34,494 nucleotides of DNA from Octopus bimaculoides (GCF_001194135.2 NC_068988.1:52109905-52144398); one strand, 5' to 3'; numbered from the stretch's first letter, positions 1 through 12,560 are shown. The notes: generated by a model from the sequence alone, not told the origin. A program made the numbers and translations.

Positions 1-406
1 TTAAAAAATTTTTTTTTTTGATTTTTTGTCTGAGACTACATTGGTGCGAATCGAAAAACTTGGCTGCTATTTCTAGTACCTCATATGACTGCGCAGAAGC
101 TCCCTAGTTGATTCATCGTTTTTTTATCGTTTATCTTTCACTTGTTTCAGTTATTAGACTGTGGCCATGCTTGGGTACCACCTTCAAGAATTTTAGTCGA
201 ACGAGTTGACCAATAACTTATTATTACCTCCGCCTTCGCTAAGGCAGTCAAGTCTATTTGAAATATTCTCCTTTTAAAAATCATCTCCGGCTAATCGTTG
301 AGAGGACGTTGGTGTTACCTTGGCGGAGGTTTGCGCTCTCTGAGTGTTTTTGCTATTATTATTATTGAGTGAGAGAGCAGTGCATGCCATCAAAGTGACA
401 CTGGGA

Positions 407-551
407 CAGGGGCGGACTGAGAGTATTAAGGACCTGCGTGCATTACTAAGAGGCATAACAATGCCCCTTAGTATTGATATCAAAGTAGAGTTAACATGTG
501 GAGTGCGGGCTCCTCAGAGCTCCGATTGATCGACGGTTCAGTCAGCTCCTG
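407..551. mobile_element. 145-bp MITE, hAT-like
   Basis: 14-bp TIRs caggggcggactga (407-420) and tcagtcagctcctg (538-551), 12/14 match. 8-bp TSD cactggga (399-406) / cactgggg (552-559). Confidence 0.75.
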
Positions 552-1009
552 CACTGGGGTAAAATATACGAAGCCCAGTATACCCATCATGGCTACCCGT
601 CTGATAAGAGTATACCAGGCACATGCATCATAACCATATGTGCGTGATATGATCTCATATAAAAATAAACAGCAGGTAGGGCCCAGTTAGAATTTTCTTC
701 AGACCAAGTAGCCATCCCACTCAAAAGGTCCGTGAATAAGGGTTGTTTAAGGATGTTGAACGACACACCCATATTTCCGGAGGTGAATTATTTAAACCCC
801 CAAAAATTCCTCTCAACACATGGCTATGATGCTTCCCCACTACTTCTGCTCATGATCAGAGGTGCACTTATCGTCAGCCACCAAAGGATAGCCACCTGTT
901 TAAGGTCACCTGTTTAAGTGACAAGCAAATCTATGGTATTGAGCAGAATATTTGCTGTAGCCCATCTTTTATGCCAAGACAAAATATTGTACATGATAAC
1001 ACTTCCAGT

Positions 1010-1082
1010 TCATTATTATTATCATTATTAATATTATTATTATTATTATTATGATTATTATTATTATTGTTATTATTATTAT
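1010..1082. repeat. (TAT)n microsatellite
   Basis: Direct reading. Confidence 0.9.
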
Positions 1083-1084
1083 GT

Positions 1085-1410
1085 AGAGTTTGGCACTGAT
1101 TCTATTAGTCTGTTTGCCGAATCGCTAAGTTACGGAGACGTAAACACACCAACACCTGCTATCAAGCGGTGGTGGGGACGAACACATCCACAAAGACATA
1201 AACACACACACACAAAGACACACACACACACACACACACGCATATACGACGGGCCGCTTTCAGTTTCCCTCAACCAAATCTACTCACAAGACTTTGGTCG
1301 GGCCGAGGCTATAGTAGCAGACTCTTGCCCGAGGTGCCACGCAAAGGGATTGTACCCGGAACCATGTGGTTGGGAAGCAAGCTTCATACCACACATTCAC
1401 ACATGCGCCT
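1085..1410 (-). mobile_element. tRNA-derived SINE with CORE-like domain (family D)
   Basis: Reverse complement reads ...aaccacatggttccgggtacaatccc...ggcacctcgggcaagagtctgctactatagcctcgg.... Homologous copies at 11285, 21545, 31110 and 33118. Confidence 0.75.
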
Positions 1411-1668
1411 CGTGTAGTTTTATTTAAAGTGGTACAGTATTATTTGATGGTGTGGGGGAGATCTCGTATCAATTGTCTGAGACTTCCTCTTTAGTTTAGT
1501 TTGTTTCCAACAACTTTAACTTTAGTTGTTGTTTCTGTTAACTGCATGGTGGTGTTGTGGTGATGGTGTTGTTGTGGTAGCAGAAACAGTGATGCTTTTT
1601 TCATTGATGCAGTTTGCTGTCGTTGTTGTACTATTTTTCCCACCTTGTTTTGCATTTAAGTGTTACTC

Positions 1669-1671
<3 letters not shown>

Positions 1672-1736
<65 letters not shown>

Positions 1737-2564
1737 NNNNNNNNNNNNNNNNNNNNNNNNNNNNNNNNNNNNNNNNNNNNNNNNNNNNNNNNNNNNNNNN
1801 NNNNNNNNNNNNNNNNNNNNNNNNNNNNNNNNNNNNNNNNNNNNNNNNNNNNNNNNNNNNNNNNNNNNNNNNNNNNNNNNNNNNNNNNNNNNNNNNNNNN
1901 NNNNNNNNNNNNNNNNNNNNNNNNNNNNNNNNNNNNNNNNNNNNNNNNNNNNNNNNNNNNNNNNNNNNNNNNNNNNNNNNNNNNNNNNNNNNNNNNNNNN
2001 NNNNNNNNNNNNNNNNNNNNNNNNNNNNNNNNNNNNNNNNNNNNNNNNNNNNNNNNNNNNNNNNNNNNNNNNNNNNNNNNNNNNNNNNNNNNNNNNNNNN
2101 NNNNNNNNNNNNNNNNNNNNNNNNNNNNNNNNNNNNNNNNNNNNNNNNNNNNNNNNNNNNNNNNNNNNNNNNNNNNNNNNNNNNNNNNNNNNNNNNNNNN
2201 NNNNNNNNNNNNNNNNNNNNNNNNNNNNNNNNNNNNNNNNNNNNNNNNNNNNNNNNNNNNNNNNNNNNNNNNNNNNNNNNNNNNNNNNNNNNNNNNNNNN
2301 NNNNNNNNNNNNNNNNNNNNNNNNNNNNNNNNNNNNNNNNNNNNNNNNNNNNNNNNNNNNNNNNNNNNNNNNNNNNNNNNNNNNNNNNNNNNNNNNNNNN
2401 NNNNNNNNNNNNNNNNNNNNNNNNNNNNNNNNNNNNNNNNNNNNNNNNNNNNNNNNNNNNNNNNNNNNNNNNNNNNNNNNNNNNNNNNNNNNNNNNNNNN
2501 NNNNNNNNNNNNNNNNNNNNNNNNNNNNNNNNNNNNNNNNNNNNNNNNNNNNNNNNNNNNNNNN

Positions 2565-2620
<56 letters not shown>
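1672..2620. repeat. (GT)n tracts flanking an assembly gap
   Basis: (GT)n from 1672 to 1736, N run 1737-2564, then (GT)n/(TATG)n. Confidence 0.9.
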
Positions 2621-2621
<1 letters not shown>

Positions 2622-2639
2622 AGTTAGAGGTTCAGAAAC

Positions 2640-3075
2640 CAACTAAGGGATAGTACCTATCCAATATACTGCTGGTAGTAGTGTAGCCAATTATTCATAT
2701 CCAAGTGCTTGTTATTGTATGGCAATCTCGTAATTGGCTATTATATATGGGCGGGGGTAACAAGTGGTTCACCCTTAATTTATCCTCTCCGTTTTCTTAT
2801 TTGCCACACTTGTCCCGAAATGACCAGTCGCAGATTCTCTGTCTCACCGTCCTTTAGGATAAGTTCTAAGCGTTACCCACTATTCTCGTCTTCCTGGCCC
2901 TAAAACTATATTTCGCTCGACTCTTCGTCTTTGTCGACCGTCCTAAATCATACTCTGTGTCATTTTGCTTTATTTTTGTTTTGTTTGCTCTCGGCCCTGA
3001 ATTCTCCGCAAAAAGAATATTTTTTGCGGGCGCCACCAATTGTGAAGCTCTCAGTCTTATCATTAAAGGTGCGTA
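2640..3075 (+). promoter_or_regulatory. Candidate promoter / non-coding first exon
   Basis: Non-repetitive, CpG-richer island with CCAAT boxes (2661, 2687, reverse at 2733), a GC box gggcgggg (2749-2756) and a donor-like AAG|gtgcgt at 3068/3069. Motif-level evidence only. Confidence 0.3.
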
Positions 3076-3366
3076 ACTATGTATTAGCTATTGGCTGATA
3101 ACTGATGAAGAATTAGGGATCTTCTGTGTTTGTCTCCCGTCCAGCTTTACACTCAGAATACGTTATGTCCTGAATTTTCTTGAGAACAATCTTTTCTTAG
3201 TGGTCAGACCATAGGAGGTCTTCTTCTAGCATAATGTATGTCCACTTAGTGGTCATCCCTCTTATATGTATGTAATATAATTTTTCTGAATTTTCAGATT
3301 TTTCAATATGCTAGGCCATTGGTTTTAAATTGATATTAATCAAATTAATATTCAATTTTTCACCCT

Positions 3367-3399
<33 letters not shown>

Positions 3400-4349
3400 N
3401 NNNNNNNNNNNNNNNNNNNNNNNNNNNNNNNNNNNNNNNNNNNNNNNNNNNNNNNNNNNNNNNNNNNNNNNNNNNNNNNNNNNNNNNNNNNNNNNNNNNN
3501 NNNNNNNNNNNNNNNNNNNNNNNNNNNNNNNNNNNNNNNNNNNNNNNNNNNNNNNNNNNNNNNNNNNNNNNNNNNNNNNNNNNNNNNNNNNNNNNNNNNN
3601 NNNNNNNNNNNNNNNNNNNNNNNNNNNNNNNNNNNNNNNNNNNNNNNNNNNNNNNNNNNNNNNNNNNNNNNNNNNNNNNNNNNNNNNNNNNNNNNNNNNN
3701 NNNNNNNNNNNNNNNNNNNNNNNNNNNNNNNNNNNNNNNNNNNNNNNNNNNNNNNNNNNNNNNNNNNNNNNNNNNNNNNNNNNNNNNNNNNNNNNNNNNN
3801 NNNNNNNNNNNNNNNNNNNNNNNNNNNNNNNNNNNNNNNNNNNNNNNNNNNNNNNNNNNNNNNNNNNNNNNNNNNNNNNNNNNNNNNNNNNNNNNNNNNN
3901 NNNNNNNNNNNNNNNNNNNNNNNNNNNNNNNNNNNNNNNNNNNNNNNNNNNNNNNNNNNNNNNNNNNNNNNNNNNNNNNNNNNNNNNNNNNNNNNNNNNN
4001 NNNNNNNNNNNNNNNNNNNNNNNNNNNNNNNNNNNNNNNNNNNNNNNNNNNNNNNNNNNNNNNNNNNNNNNNNNNNNNNNNNNNNNNNNNNNNNNNNNNN
4101 NNNNNNNNNNNNNNNNNNNNNNNNNNNNNNNNNNNNNNNNNNNNNNNNNNNNNNNNNNNNNNNNNNNNNNNNNNNNNNNNNNNNNNNNNNNNNNNNNNNN
4201 NNNNNNNNNNNNNNNNNNNNNNNNNNNNNNNNNNNNNNNNNNNNNNNNNNNNNNNNNNNNNNNNNNNNNNNNNNNNNNNNNNNNNNNNNNNNNNNNNNNN
4301 NNNNNNNNNNNNNNNNNNNNNNNNNNNNNNNNNNNNNNNNNNNNNNNNN

Positions 4350-4384
<35 letters not shown>

Positions 4385-4385
<1 letters not shown>

Positions 4386-4610
4386 TTTAGGATTTAGAAT
4401 ATTGCACTTATGATCGTAAGACTGTGGTTTTGGTTCATGAACCGGGCGACACTTCGCTCCAGTCCACTCAGCTGGCAAAAATGAATAATCCTGTGACGGA
4501 CTGGCGTCTCGTCCATGTTGGTGGCAGCGGTGGGTGGATGGATATATACGCCACAGAATCCGGGAAAACAGACTTATAAGCCTTAAGGTTCGGAAAGGAC
4601 CTTTCATTTT
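4385..4610 (+). mobile_element. tRNA-derived SINE, head H2 / tail T2, diverged
   Basis: Shares gctccagtccactcagctggcaaaaatga and gactggcgtctcgtcca with the 21699-21935 copy. Confidence 0.65.
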
Positions 4611-4848
4611 TTTTAATGTATGTATGTATTTAAGTAATATGTACATGCAGGTATGCATGTACATATGTGTATGTATGGCATTTATGTAAGTATGTATATA
4701 TGCTTCGATGTATGCATAATGAAATTCATTTAGCCCCTTCTCCTTGTGTTGAGTTTCGCCAATAGCTCAGGCTCTGTTATTAAAATTTGTTTGAAAATTA
4801 TAATTTTAAACAAGCAGTTTCATATGCGCCTATGTATATATAAATTCC

Positions 4849-4904
<56 letters not shown>

Positions 4905-6110
4905 CTTGATTTATTCATTTGCAAACGGAATGCTTTATTGGCCCATTTTCCCACGACGGAGTGGATGTAGAAGCGGGTAACTTTAGTTTTATAAATATCT
5001 GCTGAATAAGAATTGTATATTGTAAGCTAGAGGTATGTGATGTCAAAAATTTGTTGAAAAATATTTCGAGGGCTAAACCGTTTGACACTGGGATTAAAAT
5101 CTAATATAGCCGAAATATTTACAAAGAAAAATATCCATGAATTCATCCAAGGAGTTAAATCTTCATGCACCATTTTTTAAACACACTCATACGCACGCAC
5201 ACGCATACAAGGACCCCCTCACACACACACACGTACGTTTTTGAAATATTTTTTTAAAATCCAAAACAACATGAGTTATAAGAAATAATACAAGTCGACG
5301 CTTTGTACTTTTACCTTGTATTTCGATATTTCGGGGTTGGAGCCTCTTCAAGAGATTAGGTGTTTCGAGTTAGCTTTTCTGCTCTGTAATGTATGTATGT
5401 ATGTATGTATGTATGTATGTATAGAGGGCTCCTTTGCGTACTCAATTGTTATAATAGACAACTAGCTGCGTGCGGCTCAGTTCTTTTGATATGTAGTTTG
5501 GTTTTGTTAATGATGTTGGCTTCTTCTGTTCTCAAGTTCCCAATATTCCGTTCTTTGGTGTCAATGGAAACCTGGTTGTTTTAGGTGTAGCATTTCTGCA
5601 GGTGGTTTTTGACGAAAGAAGCATCAACATAGAGGTATTCTTTAACTTGTGTGTGCACATGTTTGATGGTACTTCCGATATATGATTCATTACAGTTACT
5701 ACATGTGATATAAGAGCCGATAAAAACGTTGGTTGGTCAGTCGGCTGATTTCTCCAGTCACCCATTACACTGTATAGAGAGAGGGAGAAAGAAAGTAAAG
5801 AAAGAAATACAATGAAAGTTAACGCAAGAAGTACTGGATGAATGTCTTATAACTTTCTGAAAAATACATATTTTTTTAAATGTGAAAAGCAAAAATAAAC
5901 TATCGATGGAGCAGATTGTGATTAAGTTGATAAAATTTAGAAAAATGATAACATACATTTATTGCAAATATACAAATGAGAGATTTGTGCCATTTTATTA
6001 TATCCTAAGGTAATAAATACTTTTCTTTTGAAAATTTGTATTCCTTTCATCCTTTTGTATAAGCGCTAAGAAATTTGATAACAGTTAAGTTACAATTTAT
6101 GTATTACGCC

Positions 6111-6312
6111 AAGGCGGTGAGCTGGCAGAAACGTTAGCACACCGAGCGAAATACTTAGCGATAGTTCGTCTGTCTTTACGTCATGAGTTCAAATTCTGCC
6201 GTGGTTGAGTTTGCCTTTCATCCTTTCGGGGTCGATAAATTTCGTACTGAGTTCGATCTAATCGACTGGCCCCTCTCCCCAAAAATTTCGGGCCTTGTAC
6301 CTAGAGTAGAAA
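6111..6312 (+). mobile_element. tRNA-derived SINE family B
   Basis: aaggcggtgagctggcagaaacgttag...gagttcaaattctgcc...gggtcgataaa...ctagagtagaaa. More than 15 related copies occur in the window. Confidence 0.85.
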
Positions 6313-6407
6313 ATAATTTATGTATGTATGCCATATTTCGTGGCATTACCCATGGAGGGAAACGTATACATATAAAGTTACAAGTCATATGACAGGTAAC
6401 ACACTAG

Positions 6408-6439
<32 letters not shown>

Positions 6440-7205
6440 CAAAATTATATCTAACAATTGTTAAGTGTTTCTTTATGATTGTTTATTCAAGATAAACTGC
6501 ATCACTCGCTATNNNNNNNNNNNNNNNNNNNNNNNNNNNNNNNNNNNNNNNNNNNNNNNNNNNNNNNNNNNNNNNNNNNNNNNNNNNNNNNNNNNNNNNN
6601 NNNNNNNNNNNNNNNNNNNNNNNNNNNNNNNNNNNNNNNNNNNNNNNNNNNNNNNNNNNNNNNNNNNNNNNNNNNNNNNNNNNNNNNNNNNNNNNNNNNN
6701 NNNNNNNNNNNNNNNNNNNNNNNNNNNNNNNNNNNNNNNNNNNNNNNNNNNNNNNNNNNNNNNNNNNNNNNNNNNNNNNNNNNNNNNNNNNNNNNNNNNN
6801 NNNNNNNNNNNNNNNNNNNNNNNNNNNNNNNNNNNNNNNNNNNNNNNNNNNNNNNNNNNNNNNNNNNNNNNNNNNNNCTTTTGATTTCTACCATACTTGT
6901 GTGATACTCAATGATGTCTCGAGCGATTTTCACCGTCTCTTACCTTTTTGTTTGACTTATTTAGAGGAGGGAGCTAAATACCTATGACCTGTAGCAAACC
7001 CTTTGTGATGAAGAAACAGCGATTCGTGGATTATTTTCAAACGAAGAGTGATCCCACTAAAAGCACACAAAGTCCGGTTTTGGTGTTAAACCGGGTGAGA
7101 GATTAAATCTGCTACTCGGGAACAGATTCATGCTTCCATGAAGGTTCGATCTAACTAAATTCTCATACAAGGGTTGTCGCACTGTGCCTATTAAAGAACA
7201 CACTA

Positions 7206-7382
7206 AAACGGCGAGCTGACAGAATTGGTAACGCGTCAGAAGAATGTTTAGCGGCATTCGTTCCGACTCTTTTACATTCTGAATTCAAATCCCATCGATT
7301 TGTCTTTCACCTTTTTGGGGTCGATGAAACCGACTTGTTCCTTCATATTTGCCGACCTTGTACCAACATTAGAAAGAATTAT
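7206..7382 (+). mobile_element. Family B SINE, diverged
   Basis: Degenerate match to the 6111 copy. Confidence 0.65.
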
Positions 7383-7603
7383 AGAAGAGACTAGGTTAAG
7401 GTGCACAGCCGTCAAATCGAACCAGGAACAAAATGATATCTACCAAAACTTCTTAAGCACCAGAACCTAACAATTCATAATCAGTCGATGTTGGTTCCTC
7501 CTTTCTCTGATAACAGAAATTTATAGATATTACTTTTTTTTACATATGTATGTATGTATGTATGTATTATGTATGGATGCATATATGTATGTATGTATGT
7601 ATG

Positions 7604-8550
7604 TCATTATTCAGTTTATTTCAAGATTTCTTGCCAATAGAGAAAGAACCGGTTTCTAACCTAGATCCAAAGCTCCTTCATTGGAATTTCAACATCAACA
7701 ACAGGGTATGTATGTATGTATGTATGTATGTATGTATGTATGTATATGTTTTGCTTTATGTATGTACTCATGCATATAGTTGCATATCTAGACATGCTCA
7801 TATATATTTAATTGATAAACTTTTGGAAAGTTTTACAGATTTTTACAGCGCTAGTGATAGATTGGATCTGTAGTATTCGAATTAGCTTTCCACTTTCTGG
7901 TTTTGAGAAGCCTAATTTCTCAAGATTGGTATTTAGGCAGTGTGTTACATAGCCCAGAGCCCCAATAATTACAGGTATAAACCTGAACTTGTAATCTGGA
8001 TAGAGTAACTGCAGGTTTCTCAGTAGTTCAGCATAAGTGTTCTCTTTTTCCTTGATCTTCAGCTTTATGTTAACATCTGCTAGGTAGCTAATTTCCTCAA
8101 CTATGCACAGTTTCTCTTCTCCATCCCAAATCATTATATCAGGTCTGTTGTGCTTACATTTTACTGAGGTCTTCATTGGCACATTTCACCAGTATTCCTT
8201 TTTTATCATGAGTTGCTATGGCTTCTACCATATTGTGGGTTCTTATTTCTTTGTCCTCAGGATTATCCTTCCGACGGATTTCATTATAGAGTGTCCTAGC
8301 TACAACATCATGTCTCATTGGTAGATAATACCGTGATGACATTTGAGGACAACTACTTATGATATGGGTGATATCTTCAGTGTGAATTCCACTGAGGAAT
8401 CCGTGATATAAATTTACATATAAATAGCCAGAGTAATCCGCGACGTACTGAGTGCGTGGTAGGTGAACCGCGATATGGCGAGAGATTACTGTGTGTGTGA
8501 GCGCGCGCGCGCGCGCAATGGCTAAGATCAAGGTCTAATATCTACTCTTA
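7604..8550 (-). mobile_element. R4/Dong-type non-LTR retrotransposon, 3' fragment (zinc knuckle, restriction-like endonuclease, 3' UTR)
   Basis: HIISSCPQMSSRYYLPMRHDVVARTLY then (frameshift) KHNRPDIMIWD...IVEEISY...KEKENTYAELL...IPVIIGALG...KICKTFQKF. This PD-(D/E)xK arrangement is typical of R4-clade elements. The 3' end abuts (CATA)n on the element strand. Confidence 0.85.
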
Positions 8551-8575
8551 ACAGTTTTATACATACATACATACA

Positions 8576-8800
8576 TGGTGGTTGTCTACTCCTTAAACAG
8601 AGTTTGACCACCTCCTGCACCTACACCTTAGCCCTTTCATGGCGTCTGATGTGTCTTTTTAAACCAGACAGTGTTTTGAAAAAACACCCACACAGATTGC
8701 ACCTCTGATTTGCACTACCAATACCTGCAAGTAAGTTCTGCTCATTGTGGATCCTAACATGTCTTTTAAGACCCCCATTGGATTTGCAAACATACATACA
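8576..8800 (-). mobile_element. Probable LINE 3' end encoding two C2H2-like zinc fingers
   Basis: ..CKSNGGLKRHVRIH...CNLCGCFFKTLSGLKRHIRRH then stop, a short UTR and an (ATGT)n tail. No TGEKP linker, no start codon or splice context. Confidence 0.5.
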
Positions 8801-9703
8801 TACATACATACATACACATGCGTAAGTAAGCAGATAAATGCAAAACAAGATGGAACAAATAGTACTCGAATACCGAGGGTAGAGTAATATACTTTTTTTA
8901 TTAAAGCTGAAGCTTTAATAAAAGATTATGTATGNNNNNNNNNNNNNNNNNNNNNNNNNNNNNNNNNNNNNNNNNNNNNNNNNNNNNNNNNNNNNNNNNN
9001 NNNNNNNNNNNNNNNNNNNNNNNNNNNNNNNNNNNNNNNNNNNNNNNNNNNNNNNNNNNNNNNNNNNNNNNNNNNNNNNNNNNNNNNNNNNNNNNNNNNN
9101 NNNNNNNNNNNNNNNNNNNNNNNNNNNNNNNNNNNNNNNNNNNNNNNNNNNNNNNNNNNNNNNNNNNNNNNNNNNNNNNNNNNNNNNNNNNNNNNNNNNN
9201 NNNNNNNNNNNNNNNNNNNNNNNNNNNNNNNNNNNNNNNNNNNNNNNNNNNNNNNNNNNNNNNNNNNNNNNNNNNNNNNNNNNNNNNNNNNNNNNNNNNN
9301 NNNNNNNNNNNNNNNNNNNNNNNNNNNNNNNNNNNNNNNNNNNNNNNNNNNNNNNNNNNNNNNNNNNNNNNNNNNNNNNNNNNNNNNNNNNNNNNNNNNN
9401 NNNNNNNNNNNNNNNNNNNNNNNNNNNNNNNNNNNNNNNNNNNNNNNNNNNNNNNNNNNNNNNNNNNNNNNNNNNNNNNNNNNNNNNNNNNNNNNNNNNN
9501 NNNNNNNNNNNNNNTATATATATATATATATATATAAAAGATAATAAGAGTGAAAAAACTACAGAAGGCTTGTGTTACATGGTTAAAGTATATATTTAAA
9601 TTATGTCAGAAAAATGTTAGAAAAGTGTTAGAAAAATGTTAGAAAATCTTTTATATATATATATATATATATATACACATACACACGCACACGCACATCC
9701 ACA

Positions 9704-9807
9704 CAGATAAGAAAAGAAATGGAGCAACAATTAACAATTAGAAGTTGATCATTGATATTAAAAGGTCATTGGTATTGGTAATGTTGCTCCATTTCTTTTC
9801 TTATCTG
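9704..9807. repeat. Perfect 26-bp inverted repeat with a 52-nt spacer
   Basis: cagataagaaaagaaatggagcaaca (9704-9729) / tgttgctccatttcttttcttatctg (9782-9807). Confidence 0.9.
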
Positions 9808-10149
9808 AATATATTAAACCACGGTTTACCATTTAAATTACCAACAACTGTTAACCTTATAGCAAGGCCTACGGATACATTTATCCCTAAGACGGTTGCA
9901 TAACCTCTAACTCATAATTTATATATATATATAATATATATATACACATAAATTTCTGTAAACAGAGATCGCAAATTTCCAAATGTGGTGAGTCACACAA
10001 CCTTTCCTTTGAATAAATCATACTCTATTCTACCTAACAGTATTGAGCACTTTTTTCGTTTCATTACCCTTCGTACCATTGTGGATTGGAATTAAACAAT
10101 ATATAATGATACCAGTAAGACATAAGTAAATAGATGAACAGACAAACTG

Positions 10150-10620
10150 TCTTCTTATGATACAATCCTTTCGAAATGTAAATAACACCTAAAAAGCCGC
10201 TATGCTTTCAATTATGATGATGTGGTAAGTTGACCAGCTCATTGTAAGACTTATGAGGGTACCAGACACTTTCCAACAACCATACATGAAGAATAGACTC
10301 AAAAGTCCTTTTTTTTTTCTTTCTTTGTAACGAAAATATAGTGTCATACGGTTTAGATAGTATCTTTTTATTTCAGAAAGCACATCTTAATTAATTAGAA
10401 GTTAGTTGGCACATTCGCACACTCCTTTCCACCTTGTTGGGCTCGTTTTGTCCTTGGAGAAATAGGCTGAAGCAGCTTATGTACAGCGTATACATAATAT
10501 CTAAAGAATGAACAGGTTTATAATTTTCAGTAGACAAATATTTGTTTTCATTCTTGGTTAAGATTTGTCTGTAATATAACGATCCATTTAGATATGGATT
10601 TGTCAAGTTTCCTATAATTT
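10150..10620 (-). mobile_element. Decayed R4-type reverse transcriptase fragment
   Basis: ENYKPVHSLDIMYTLY...VLSEIKR...MTLYF corresponds to the RT segment NYRPI.CL..MYK...ID.KKAFDS; contains stops and frameshifts. Confidence 0.6.
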
Positions 10621-10671
10621 CTTATTGTATGCATGTGTGTAGCCTCTGTAGACCGTCAGTCTCTCAGTATC

Positions 10672-10893
10672 TAAATATTGGTTTCAAATTTTGGCACTAG
10701 GCCAGAGAGCTTGGGGAAGGGGGTAAGTTGATGACATCGACCCCAGTGTTCAACTAGCACTTATTTTATCAACCCCGAAAGGATAAAAAGCAAAGTCGAC
10801 CGCGGCGGAATTTGAGCTCAAAACGTAAAAACAGACGAAATGCCTCTAAGCATTATGCCTGGCGTCCTAACAATTTTGCCAGCTCGTCGCCTT
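10672..10893 (-). mobile_element. Family B SINE
   Basis: Reverse-complement match to the 6111 and 32731 copies over their full length. Confidence 0.8.
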
Positions 10894-11284
10894 ATCAATA
10901 CCTAAATATTAAGTCCTTTCTTGGTGTCATCCCAGTGTGCAGCTTTTGAAGTAATTATTATCATAATCTTCCTTGTTGATCGTATTCAGCCATGATTCAT
11001 TAAGATTGAAATCTTTCATTTGATTCTAGATCTTTAACAAAATGATTTAAGATCTTCTCAGAAAGATCTTAAATCTTTTAACATAAGTCAAAGTTCAGAC
11101 TTATGGTTAATAGGGTCGAGTGATGTTGCTTTCTGTACCGAAGTTTTTCAGAAATAATATGATTTGTAGCTTTTCAATCCGATGTACTAGGTTTTGTTCG
11201 AAAGCCAGGGATTACCAATCGTCAGTAGTTTAAGGAACTGGCAGAAATATAAGAAGAATGAAATATATACCATTTTCCTGTTAT

Positions 11285-11490
11285 TCCCCGGTGATGGTGG
11301 GGACAATCAATCACACACACACACACACACACGTGTGTGTGTATAGAACGGGCTTCCACACGTCTGCCAAATTCACACTCACAAGGCACTGTTCGGCCCG
11401 AGGCCATAGTAGAAGATACCTACTCAAGGTGCTGTGCAGTAGGACTGAACTAGAAACCATGAGGTAATGAAGAAAACTTCTTAATCACAC
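11285..11490 (-). mobile_element. Family D SINE, partial
   Basis: Same head and CORE-like segment as the 1085-1410 copy. Confidence 0.7.
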
Positions 11491-12284
11491 AGAATACAAG
11501 TCTGTTAACTTTTGTACAACTGCAATTCATTACACAGTGATATATTCACATCATTAATGAATTCCGCATCTGAATCAAAAAGTTCACAAGCCGTTTTATC
11601 TCCTCTCGATTGTCTCCTTAACTAATTATGCAAAAGAACTTACTAGATTAACTGCCACTGTATTTACAGAACAGTTTATTCCCTTGCCACTCCTATTTAA
11701 AAATTTTCTCATTTCCAAAAATTAAATTAGCTACACTATCAGAAGCTGACAGCAAGCCAAAATAACTCAAGTTATCTCTTCTCACCACCATATTGTTTAT
11801 GCATAAACTTTGTATTTTTGTATTTGAATAAGCCTTGAGAGCCGAAAATTTATAACATACATACATACATACATACATACATACATACATACATACAAAG
11901 AGACCGATCCAAAGGATAATACTGAGCCAAAATGGATTACCTCCCTCCAAAAAAATATCAACGGACTCAGGAAAAAGATGGGACATTTGGATGCTATCGT
12001 CAAATGCAAAGCTAAGGATGAATTCACTAATCATCATTTATGACTGCAGGATAAATTCTCCAAATTGTATGGGAATTGCCGCCAAGAATTACACACAAGC
12101 AAAGTCATCACCCTCAGACACGCGATAAGTGAAAAATTTCGTTACTGCAAAAAGATTACATGGACGAAAAAAATGATAAACCGCAAGTTTGCCCAAAACC
12201 CACAAACTGTACAAGGTGACACCGTCAAGGTAATAAATGCTCCTCTCTAGGAAGACCTAGAGTTATTCTGACGGGAAATCAGGG

Positions 12285-12560
12285 AATGCAATCGCGATAC
12301 AGCATGGAACACAATCGCGATGCAACATGGAACACAATCGCGATGCAACATGGAACACAATCACGATGCAGCATGGAATACAATCGCGATGCAGCTTGGA
12401 ACACAATCGCGATGCAACATGGAACACAATCGCGATGCAACATGGAAAATAATCACGATGCAACATGGAACACAATCGCGATGCAACATGGAACACGATC
12501 GCAATACAGCATAGAACACAATCGCGATACAGCATGGAACACAATCGCGATGCAGCATGG
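12285..12560 (+). repeat. Minisatellite, 12 x 23 bp (aacacaatcgcgatgcaacatgg)
   Basis: Twelve contiguous 23-nt units counted directly; no spacers; each unit carries the palindrome atcgcgat or a variant. Confidence 0.97.

Noticed and set aside
5460-5760. Possible retroelement coding remnant
   Set aside because: No motif I could identify with confidence in any frame.
8621-8848. Host C2H2 zinc-finger gene
   Set aside because: The ORF start comes from a microsatellite, there is no canonical linker or splice sites, and it ends in a retroposon-like tail.
1526-9599. Long ORFs in the supplied track (300-430 aa, and similar ones at 15994-16689 and 21813-22570)
   Set aside because: They are made of N gaps and dinucleotide or tetranucleotide repeats (CVCV, THTH, MYVC); these are artefacts.
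11044-11075. 13-bp perfect hairpin gatttaagatctt/aagatcttaaatc
   Set aside because: Short, AT-rich and isolated; no supporting context.
12285-12560. CRISPR-like array
   Set aside because: Units are contiguous with no unique spacers, there are no cas genes, and the context is a eukaryotic LINE. It is a minisatellite.
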